From contig OX597825.1 of assembly GCA_951406725.2 (NCBI GenBank), positions 42,160,001-42,224,000 on the forward strand: DNA of 64,000 nt, given 5' to 3'. The DNA comes from Octopus vulgaris (Eukaryota). Made by a program: the position numbers and the translations under genes. Positions 52,451-64,000 of this stretch are shown piece by piece (the stretch's first letter is position 1; every line of letters starts with the position of its first letter). Under the pieces are notes generated by a model, which was not told the origin of the DNA, did not search any database, and saw only the letters and a program-made list of their open reading frames with translations.

Positions 52451-55400
52451 TATATTCTTTAAGATTTCTTAAGTTGCTTTACATATCCATGAGATGTTTA
52501 CAGAATCTGATTCAGTTTCATTTTATTAATTCAGTTTCATTTCATATGTTTATCATATTTGATAAAGTTTGCTGTTTCTGGAAAATGTATTATAGTTGCT
52601 GGTCTCAATGTGGAATCTAAAATCACACCTGATTAACACAAAACTGGATATATGTAATTCTTTTTCTGCTACAATAGGAAACTGTCAGTTTATTTCATTG
52701 TACTTTTCACACGTTCTTTGCTTGAGTTAGTTGCTTACATTGGTATTAGCCTACATATTTCCAACAGTGAAGTATTTTGGATGAAACGATGTCTAGCACA
52801 TTAGTACTTAGTTTTTTTAGGGAAGAATGAAAAATAAATCTAAATCATAAAGCATTTGAAGGCAGAATATAGAGAAGTGTAAACAAGTACCAAAAAAAAG
52901 GATTTAGTCTGACTCTACCATTTCTAACAACTTATGAACCTTTAGTATTTTATTACTGATATACACAAACATTAAGTTTCTTTTTCAGCTTCATTTAGTA
53001 TTCTTAATGTAATTTTACAATGACATATTTTGAATTTTATTTTTATTTGGAAGTCATCCGTTCTTACTCTGACATTAACTTCAATTTCATTTTCCTTCTG
53101 TATTCCAAGATATTTTAATATCCCTTTTCTCTTTGATCGTTAGTTTTCTAACTTGCTTGATGTATTCAAATGTCATGCAAAGCAACAGTTATTTCGTAAT
53201 TGAAAGTTAATTGTCTCAGCCAACATTCTTTAATATATATTGATATCTATCCAATCTAGCATATATTTTACAGCTTGCTTGCACAGCATTCCCAACATTA
53301 AGCCGTTATAGTTCTCTATAAATATTACTGTTAATTCATAACTATCTAAAACAAACAGAATTAAAATGAATAAAATAATAAATGCTATTATACATTGAAA
53401 TAGAAATATAATGATTAAGTAGAATGGAAGATAAATGGTGTGTGACCGAGGAGAAAAATCCAGCCTATTTATCATATTCTGAGTATTACAAGAAATGTAT
53501 TAAAATTCCATAAAAGTATAACATTTTATTCTTTTATTTTTTGGAAGAGTTTAGAAAATTGCTTAAGGATATATAACAAGGATAGTTTATTCCTCTAAAA
53601 TATTAAAAAATATTTGTATTGTCAATATTCATTGGACTAATCAATCAAATTACTATTAAATTGAAGAAAATTGTGGGATTTTTTTCAGTCTAAAATTAAT
53701 ATTGCAATTACAGGAACTTGAAGTTTCCATTTATTGGAAAGTTGCACTAGTCATTTCTAGCAGAAAACATTTTCTTTAACACTTTTATTTCTAAATATAT
53801 CAAACACGGATGCCAAGCTAGAGGATAAAATTAATTAATAAAAATATTTATATAAATTAATTATTAAAACAACAAGTTTATTTCATCATTTACTCCCATT
53901 AATCTCCAAGGTTGTTCTTTTCATTGCAGGAATTGTTTTTCATATTTCACTTTTGCAGCATTAATTTTGGCATTTATTAGATTCAACTGAATAATTGTAC
54001 AAGTGTATTAATTGGTTTGAAAAGCTGAGGTTCAACTAAAGTATGAGCTGAGGAGGCAGACTGCATATGGTCAGTTGAACTATTCAAAACAGTAACCAAA
54101 TCAACCACAGGTTATAGCCTGCCATTTAAAATATGAGGACACAGATAAAATAGATATTTTTTCTGTTTTTTTTCCTTTCTTCCTTCCTTCTTCCCTTTCC
54201 TTCTTTCGCTCCTTGTTTGTTTCTCTTTAGTATATAGCAATCCTTCTGTAAGCCTCTTCACCTCTTCCTATCCATTGCCATTTTGGTTCAAACCAGTTAT
54301 GTATCTTCCTTTATTCTTCAATGTCATCCTTCCATCCTTTCTATATTTTTTGCAGAAATTTTTTGTGGTGCTTTCAATCCTCTATTCTGGCTAAATAATC
54401 TTCCCACTTTAGTTTTACTATTTCTTGAAGTATGTTTCAAATTATCTTCTTTCTTCTTACCTTTACACATCTAATTCCACTTTTAACTTAATCTGTATTA
54501 TTCTTTGCATCAAACAAAAAAGACCAAGAATATAACCAATTACAACACATATGAAGAGACAAGGATAGAAAATAGGACAATAGAAAAAGTAGATGATTAG
54601 ATAATTGATATGCTAGACACAGAAGTAGAGTGAAGAGTTGAGAACAAGAACAATGGTATGATGAATTGCTTCAGCAGGTCCAGTAATTAACATACACTTA
54701 TAGAGTTCTAAACAGATGGGATGGTCATGGATTGAAAACTTTTGGTTATAAGGACTGCTCAATCAAAGTTAACCTGGTTTTAAGCAGTAATACTCAACCT
54801 TAAAATATTGATTTCTTACATAAAGATAAAGCTTGAAATTTTTATAGGACAGAAAAAATGAGTCATTATATCATGAATTTTGGCATGACATTAACTGTTT
54901 GAGTGAAATGTAATATAATTGCTCTAAATGAAAATTGAAATAAAATAGTGGGTTCATTTGGCCAATAATTTACTCACTAAGCCCTAACAAAGCTAACAAT
55001 AACCAGAGTATTATGAAAAAAAAAAACTGCTGCCAGTATTTTAACTTCATAAGTCTATCATTGGGATTATAAAAGAATGAAGGCAATTTTATATATCTTT
55101 GTTGATTATCATATGAAAAATCACCAAGTCAATATGTATTAGATTCAGAGCCCCTTTTATCAGTAAAAGAAGTAATCAGCAATCTTCATAGTTACACATC
55201 ATATATACCCAGCAGCATTTAAACTACAAGCACTACTACACACTCATAACACAACACATCCTGATAGTCTCAAACATGAAAAAATCATAAAATTATAACC
55301 ATCACCCACAACAGTACAACCGCACAATTAAAGAACCACCACACACACACATCATAGCCAGCATCATCACAACAGTGGTGTTAACCACTTCCACTGTCAC

Positions 55401-57092
55401 CATCACTCCTCCATCAACCATCTCCATCATCTCATCATACACTACAAATGTAGTACACTGAAGTACTACCACTACCATCATTGTAGTTGCCAACATATCC
55501 ACCCATCCGCCACCCCCTACTCTCAAATATAAAAACATCACAAAATCAGCACCATTGTATACACACAGTAACACAGTATCACCATATTCACCCTCACCTC
55601 TATACACTTACTTAATTGCACCACTAGACACGCCATCACATACACTCTCCAACACCATTATATATGCTTGTGTCACCATATCCACGTCAAGCAACACAGA
55701 TAAACACATCATTGAAAAATCACTTGGAGAAATGCCACACTCAGGAGTTTACAGTTTCCATCAAAGCAACAGAATGTAACATTGGCACATGTCACAATCT
55801 CCTCTCCCTTCCATTCCTTTCTCATACATCTGCATGAGTAAAAGACAGTAGCTCAGCACCATCCTCTGTTTTCCCCTGATAAAACCCTGGAATATAAAAA
55901 TATAAGTGAAAACTGTTGTTCTGTCTTCCTTAGTTCCATTTTCACTTCTTTATTTCAATTTGCATTGTATTAGCCATCCATCCATCCATTCATCTACCAC
56001 ATACTATATACCATATGCAAAATATTAATATATATTTATAGAATTACATCTAGTTATAACCATTCAATTCATGGTAAAATGGAAAAATAAATGTTAACAG
56101 AAAACATGCTACTTTTATCACATCTGCTTTATTGTTTTATTTTAATTTTTCTGAATTCTTTTATCACCAATCTTACACAAAAAGAAGTGATGAAAAAAAA
56201 TTCCCCATCATTTTAAAATTAAAAGTAGAACCTGTATGTATGAGCCAAATATTCTACACTTGAAGGAGAATTTCAAATTAAATAAGTGAAAAAGATGATA
56301 CTTGAATGATTAGCAATGAGAAGTCATAAAATGGATGTTGCCTACTAAAACTAACATGTTAAGCATGATATATTTCTTCTTTACTGTAATGTTTCTAGAA
56401 ATTCTCTTCCATATGCTATACAGTGGGGTTGGGGTCTAGAATAGTTATTAGTGCTTTAAGGAAAATATCAAGTAAAATGTTAGAGATAGATCTAAGAAAA
56501 AAATATATTTACATATTTTATGCTGACATTCAGTTGGATATAAAGCTGATTCTAAGAGATTGAGAAGGAAATTAAAATCTACCTATGGATAAGTGAATGT
56601 CTTAAATTTATTTGATGTATCTTTGTTTTGTTTTGTTTTTTTGTTTTCAAGTTGTAAAGAGTATGACAAGTCAGCAATTCAAACATTACCTCAACACACT
56701 CAAATAGGTGTAAGAATTTTTTAGATTTCCTGATGCTATGAGGAGAATTGTATACTGACAGAAGAACTGACAAATGTAAGAACATATCTAGTTTGAAGAT
56801 CCTGATTACATAATAGAAAGATTCTGGTCAGAAAAGTAAAAATGATGTACAATGTTTATGTGATTTTTCACTTTGTAGACTGCTGAAATTATAAACAAAG
56901 AGAAGTATTCTGTTAACTACTGCTGTTATGTTGGTGGTGATAAAACTGCAGTTTATAACGTCTGAAAATTCTTTATTTCATTTCCTTCTTTTTTTTATTT
57001 TAAGTTTTTGCATATTTGTACACTTTTTTTATGAAGAAAGGAAATTTTTCTGTTTGTCATGATTATTATAATCAGAGATAAGCTCATGTCTA

Positions 57093-57131
<39 letters not shown>

Positions 57132-57779
57132 TAGTCATGGTGGTGGAAGGAAAAAGACAATAGCCTTTGAAACACGTGTGCTTGTGATATGGAAAGATTT
57201 AGTGCAGTGAAGTGAAATGCAGCAAATATAGAATAAATAATGGAATAAGGAAATATAATCTTGACCAAGCTCACTGACCTGCATGATTCAACTTTCCTTC
57301 TTTTGTATGAAGTTGATCATCTTGTCAAATCAATTAATACTAACTAGCATTCAGCACCTTAAAATTGAGCTTTCAAGGACAAATTAATGCTTGGCTGGCA
57401 TTACAAACAACAAAAGGTTCTTAAGATCATTTGGCAGTTCAATAGAAATCTTTCAAACTACACAAGTGATGCCAAATAATCAACTAAACGAGATTATCTC
57501 AGAGAAAATTCACCATCTCATACCAGATTAACAAAATTCTTTCATTTTCTTAGTCTTTAGTTTCTTATAAATACTCAGCTTTGCTAATTAGGTCTTTCTG
57601 GTCATGCATGTCTCATGTTGAATATACCAGATTCTGGAACATCGGAAATCAAGCATGGCATGTATGATTTACTAAAAAGCTTTGGAAACGATTTCAACAG
57701 TTTCTTTTATATTTTGCAAAACTTCTTTTGTGTGAGTGTGTGTGTGTGTGTGTGCACGTGCGTGTGCATGTGTGTAATT

Positions 57780-57897
57780 TCTTTTACTTGTTTCAGTCAT
57801 TATACTGTGGCCATGCTGAGACACCACCTTAAAGAATTTTTAGTCAAACGAATCAACCCCTGTACCCACTTTTAAGCCTGGTACTGATTCTATCGAT
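57780..57897 (-). mobile_element. SINE 3' fragment
   Basis: ttttacttgtttcagtcattatactgtggccatgctg..aagcctggtact. Confidence 0.75.
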
Positions 57898-57899
57898 TT

Positions 57900-60350
57900 A
57901 ACATTATAAATAAAGACTTTGATACGAATAGCAGGTATTCGAAAACTAGACACTTTCTATTTAAATAGAAGCAACACCAGCAATAGTAAAAATAAAAACA
58001 ATAAACATCATAACCACCCTAATTTTATTAAAGGGAACACCTGGAACCATAATAACCCTATTAACCTAGTACTATCCCATCAGAAAGTAATCCCCCCACC
58101 CAGCAAATCTATGTGACTGTAGGTATAAGGATAATTGTGCCCTTGAAAATACCTTTAAAAGTAAAAATGTAATTTACCAGTGCAAAGTCACAACACAGTT
58201 TTTAGTAAAAGGATAGACATAGGAGTTTCCCAAAATTAACTGAAACATAGACTAGCCACACACCAACTCTCTTTCAGAAATAGAAATCAGATTAACTCAA
58301 CCGGATTAAGTAAATATATTTGGGTACTCAAAGATAAAGATACTACATTCACATTAGAATGGAAAATCAAGACATGCCATCTTTGCATCAATGAAATATT
58401 TTTCATACTAACAGCACAACACCCATTGCTGAACTTGAGGAAAAAGAGAAACATAGCCTGCCTGCTCAAGGGAAGGATTACCTTCATTAAATATAAGTAA
58501 CATTAGAGGCCCTTGCATCATTCCTAAAAATAGCACCAAGAGCCCTTCACCACAGAAATAGTAGCCCTCAATATTAAATGAAGATATATATAACTCCTAG
58601 ATTAAAGGTAGTTTAATAGTATTACATATCTGGGACCCTTATAGGTGTTCCAACAGTAATACCCTTATCCCTTCACCAACATATCAGAGTTTAAATCCCA
58701 CCCTCCACCCATAACTAACTACATAATATATTTATTAAGTCATATCTCCTTAATATTACCTACTTGCTCCATTTATCAAATGTCAGCTCTTTTAATCATG
58801 AACCAAATTCGGAATACAGAAGGCATTGGTACTTAACCCCAATGTTTTAACCCATTGGTAACTAATTTTACTTTTCTGTACCTTTTATACCAGGGGTGAG
58901 CTTGTTTGAATTAGAATGAATCTGGACTTAATTTTTCAGCCAGCATATTGGTCTACCTCCATTTATAGTGGACCCAATTAGTCCTAAATGGGACCCCACC
59001 CCCTCGTAGAACATAACTTAAATTTAATAACTTATTATTAACTGATTCCCTCTCTATATTGTATAGGTCTGTATTTGAGTACTGCAACAGACTTCCTATG
59101 AGCTATTATTAACCTTAGGATTATTGTCAATGAATGGAAATGAAATTTTTGTTGCAGACCCCATATTATCCCATGCTAGGGATAATATAATAAGTTTAGT
59201 AATATGAACAATCTAATATTAATCATAATATATATTAAGTAAGATTTAGTTAACTGTGGTAGGACCCTGAGTTTGTAGCCATGTTTGTAATTAGCAAGTA
59301 ATTTAACTTATAATCATTTAATAATTTTGGAGTTTTGTACTTTTGACCTTTCATATGTCTAACAGGCTGAATGTACTCAGGAACATGTAGACATTTACTT
59401 GTTTGTTTAGTATAACCACCACTTGGAAATATGCTGGCTATTTAAGATGTCATTAGAGGCCCTTGCATCATTCCTAAAAATAGCACCAAGAGCCCTTCAC
59501 CACAGAAATAGTAGCCCTCAATATTAAATGAAGATATATATAACTCCTAGATTAAAGGTAGTTTAATAGTATTACATATCTGTATTACATTTCGAAGGTA
59601 ATTCCACTAGTATTCACCTCCCCATCACTAGTCTCACCTTAACTGTAAAAAGTTATTGCTGTATGGTTGGTAGAATTTATCGTATTTAATTTGTTTTATT
59701 TTATGTTGAGATGGTGTAGAAGGGCATAAGCAGGCTCATGCCACTTATGACATAGTCTTCTCCCCCACACCTTTTATTTACTGGTTTATTTTCTTCTTCC
59801 TTTACATCTACCTCTTTAATGGACTGAGCTTGCTCTGGTTTAAATATATCTGACTAATTGTGGAAATAGCTGGACTTTGGTAAATTCCATTAAGGACAAC
59901 AGGTGGTTGGTCTCTAGAATATTTCAGTAAGTACACCATTTTAAAAACTTTATGGGTTTGTTTTTAGATAAATATTAATTAGGTCTGTTTACGAAATCAT
60001 AAGTACTCTCCCTTTTTCTAGACATATTAGCGATTCCTGTTTTACTTTAGCACTAGTTTTATTTTACTACTATTTATACACCCTAGTACCCCTATATAAA
60101 TAGATAACCCACAAATTATTTCTCTAGTTCATTTGCTAGTTCACTTTTCTGCCTATCGACTTTAAGCTTCATACTGCAAAATGGTATGATTTTAATATAT
60201 TGAGCCTTCTAGCATCACCGCAAGGCCCTGCTCTTTCATCTTACCTTCTTTCATTTTATGCATTTGTATTCACTATGATGAAGCTCCATTTACTAGATCA
60301 AATGTGCTATAAAGATGATGAATGCTATTTTTGGAATTTTCTTTGAAAGC
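57900..60350 (-). mobile_element. Decayed Penelope-like element RT region
   Basis: Ordered minus peptides IFKPEQ (IKPADKG-like), FYQP, ISSFNIEG (SFDIESLY-like), NYLLITNMAT..LNLT (YxQxxGxAMG-like). Confidence 0.4.
58501..59582. repeat. Identical 132-bp direct repeat pair (58501-58632, 59451-59582)
   Basis: cattagaggccc..attacatatctg identical in both copies. Confidence 0.97.
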
Positions 60351-60966
60351 ACTGACTGACATTGGCAGCCAAAAAGGCCGTAAGAAATGTTATATTATGT
60401 TTTATATTAAAAAATAATTCACTGATGTTGGTCAATTTGTTTGTTTGTGGATCAAAAGTTTTCTCCATTTTATGCTTAGTTAAATTTGTTTTTTGAAAAA
60501 CTTGTTTATTCTGTTAGTACCTGTACCCTATGAGCATATTGTGCTTGCATACCCATGCCCAGGGTTAACATAGGTAAATGATACCGGTAGTAAGAACAGA
60601 TGTTCTTATTCCTTAAACAGTTATTCCAACCGCTAACTCTGCTAACCATTTATATATGCATGGAATGACCAATTTTAAATACTATTGTTACTTACACACA
60701 AGGTACAAGAAACATATATGTATACCATTCTGCTTAGATGATGGAACTGCAGATACAATATCCCTGCATATCTCACGTCTGTTTTCATTCCTCCACTTCA
60801 CTCTCTATTTCATATCTTCTCTAGAATAACTATTGCTTAACCATTTTCTCACACCATCTCCAATGAAGGGATATATGAAATATCCCCAAAACAGCTGTAA
60901 GATCTTCTCTTTATAAATGTTTTAAAATCTTTCACGGTGTTGGATTTTTATCTCATTCTGTTAATT

Positions 60967-61057
<91 letters not shown>

Positions 61058-61065
61058 GTGGATAG

Positions 61066-61283
61066 ATAAGTGTTTGTCCTCCTCCACTGCTTGACAATCC
61101 ATGTTGGTGTGTTTACATACCCACAACTTAGCAGTTTGGCAAACAATATTGTTAGAATAAGTACCAAACATTAACAAATTTTTTTAAATGAATACTAGAG
61201 TTGATTCATTTAACTGAAAATTCTTCAAGTTTGTGCCCCAGCATGGCCACTGTATAATGACTGAAACAAATGTAACATAAAAG
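61066..61283 (+). mobile_element. SINE 3' half after (TA)/(GATA) tract
   Basis: gtgtttgtcc..gcttgacaa..aacttagcagtttggcaaa..gccccagcatggccac..gactgaaacaa. Confidence 0.75.
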
Positions 61284-64000
61284 ATATGTGTATATACACA
61301 TGCATACACAAATCTGAGCAGCAACAGCAGCAGCAGCAATAGTAGTAGTAGTAGTAGTAGTAGTAGTTCACAAAGCATTTGTATTTTACACACATATATA
61401 GAGAATGTACATGTGTGAGTGTGCAAACATACATACACACATGAACTTGTGCACAGACGCACACTATATTTGTGTGTGTGAGAGAGAGAAAGAGAGTGAG
61501 AGAGATGGATAGAAAGAGTGCATAAGTGTATGTGTACTGTTTGTACACACACACATGCACACGCACAATATTCAGTTGTTTTTGGCAAATAACATGAATT
61601 AATGTATACTGAAAGAGTTAGTGCAGTTGCTTTGAAGTTATAGCAATATATGTTGTACTACAAACTTCAGGTGCTCAAAGAATCCAAACCTTGATATAGG
61701 TATGAGTCATATTTCACAATGTAAATAAAATCAGTAGATGAATGCAAATCTTAGTCTATCACAGTAAAATTCTCACAAGCTCTGCTACTTATTTTCAATA
61801 ACTAGAGCGCCTGAAGCACATTTACATGTACAAGGAGACAAAAATACTCCTAAGGTGAGCATGAACACCCTGATCTATGAATTTTGATGTGTAGTCTATC
61901 ACTTTTACATTCACTGGTTTGCAGACAAAATGGTAGCACTATCTATTTCTTCACTTTCTTTCAGTTACATAAGAACCAGAGAGAGATCAAAACCATTAGA
62001 TTCTTCAGTCATTTTGGCAAATGAACTTATCAAAGTTCCCAAGAATTCTCTGATTGTCTAATTATTATTGTCATTGTAGGCCAGCAATAGTTTCCTTGTT
62101 CTCTAGATTTTTAACTTAAACTACATTATCCAATTGCTAATTTGTCTGCTGCTATGCAACATGTTAAGATGTGTATAAAGGAGCTAGTTCAACGTATTTA
62201 CACCTCTTTGTCTTCAGCAAGAAATTTTCTCCATCACAAAATGCAATAAATGGTTTTCTTGTAGGTTCGAACGTGCCTCAAGCATATTTGAACTGGTTAC
62301 AAGTTTGTATTTCTAAACATCACTGCTTATCAGTGTCACACCATAAAGGAGTATATGTATTAACTTGAGGACACAAAATGGTCAAGTTCATGAGGTTCTG
62401 GGCTTATTTCTATTGTATAACATCTTGGCAAGCATCATTTACCATAGCCTCTGGTCAGCCTGTGCCCTGTGTGTGAAATTGTATGGATGGAAACAGTGTG
62501 GAAACGTGTTGGTGGTTCTTGTTATTCAAAGATCCAGCCTTATCAGAAACAGTATCGCTGATTTCTTCTGAAGTTTATTTTATTATTATATGACATGTTC
62601 TTGGGAATAGTCAGTCACTTACATGTTAATTCAATGAGCAGATAGTCTAATTGATCATATTTTCATTGTTATAACCATGACAATCCCTTTACCTTTTAAT
62701 TATTTACGATTATTAATCAGAGAAACAGCACAATTTCTGTAGAATTTACTGACCAAAAAGCCATGAGTCAAACCTTCTCATGGTCTGTATGTTTGCTCCT
62801 CTTTAAGCAAAACACATAACTGCCTGTTACAGAATATCTGACAAACAAATCAAACTCCAATCACTACTATATTTTCAAACAGTAACTTGTTACTGCTGCT
62901 GTTGTTGTTGTTGTTGTTGCTAATATTGGTGCTGTTGCTGCTGCCACAATTGTTGTTGCCTGAATCCATACCCAAGTCAGTTCTGATTAGCAGATTTAAG
63001 ATCAAAAGTATTCTAACCACAGTAACATGAATCCTTATTTCAATAACATCCTTGTTTTCATCTTCATTATCCAGAATATCTGTCAGTTTTTTTGGGTTTT
63101 TTTAAGATGACAAAAAGTGATTTGGGGTAGATTTAGCTGCTATTCCTATTTGGTCTAGTAACTGCAATGTGTCTACATTATTGACTTTGTAAGAGGTTCA
63201 ATATTAAGAATCTCTTTTGAGTGTAAAATTAATTGCTCCTTAAGAAAGAAATCACACCTGTGTTAGTATGGAAAACTGAATGTGACAGAAATACAAAAAG
63301 ACAGACAGACACACACACACACACACATCCAAACTGTGAGGTGAAATGTACTGCAAACTTCTTATCATTTCTCACTGTACTTGAAAGTGGTTTCATACAT
63401 TCAGCATCTTCTATCAAGGAAGTATATACTCATTCATTCATTTACTATCAAATAATGTGAAAATTATCAATAAAATCTTTACTTCAAAGTACCACTTGTT
63501 GAAAAGTTCAAATTTACATTGAAATAGTTTGACATTGTACTGAAGTTCACCTCAGCTGTATAAAGATGGAGTTAAAGACATCACTGTAAATCTGTTTATT
63601 TAGACAACTTCTATTTTGTTTTTCACCTTCATGACTTTAGCTAATTACATTTGCTCTTCGTTTTTATTTTTTACTGTAAGATACCATTTCCTGTAGACAA
63701 AAATTCACTGGGGTTTTTTAATTTATCAGAAGCATCTTTCTACAATAGTAACTCAATATTCAACAAAATATCTTGTGTAGATACAGGAATCCTCATAATA
63801 CTAATAATTTTGTGTTGTGACTATGTAGTTCCAAGTTCAGTCCCACTTTGAAACACATTGACTGATATGGCAGACTTGGCTCCAATAGCATGTATTTGAA
63901 TGGAATTATAGTATATGGAATACAAGCATATACATGCATGCACATGCATACCTTCATACATATAAACATACAAACTAAAAGAGCATCAAAGAGTTAGCTA

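Noticed and set aside
56690-56965. Short exon candidates on both strands
   Set aside because: Mutually conflicting, no recognisable homology, expected by chance
58501-59582. TRIM/LTR element with 132-bp LTRs
   Set aside because: No TG..CA ends, PBS, PPT or TSD; the repeat overlaps RT-like coding sequence

Overview
AT-rich, repeat-dense eukaryotic DNA. The tRNA-derived SINE families, long (TA)n/(CA)n/(ATT)n microsatellites and TE mix strongly suggest a coleoid cephalopod (Octopus-like); this is inferred, not verified. No intact host gene can be supported. The window is a TE palimpsest: many minus-strand R4/Dong-type RLE non-LTR retrotransposon copies (three nested in (TAA)n tracts at SINE tails), CR1/L2, RTE and Penelope-like relics, two mariner transposons (one complete with TIRs and TA duplication, inserted into a LINE), and decayed piggyBac-like and hATm-like transposases missed by the ORF track. 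Unexplained structure: a CpG-retaining promoter-like island at about 33.1-34.2 kb, several near-identical local fold-back or templated duplications (27.3/27.8 kb, 40.8/41.3 kb, 42.6 kb, 48.4 kb, 58.5/59.5 kb), and a decayed minimal hammerhead-ribozyme fold at 42.3 kb. All family calls come from manual motif reading, with no database search. Boundaries of decayed elements are approximate.
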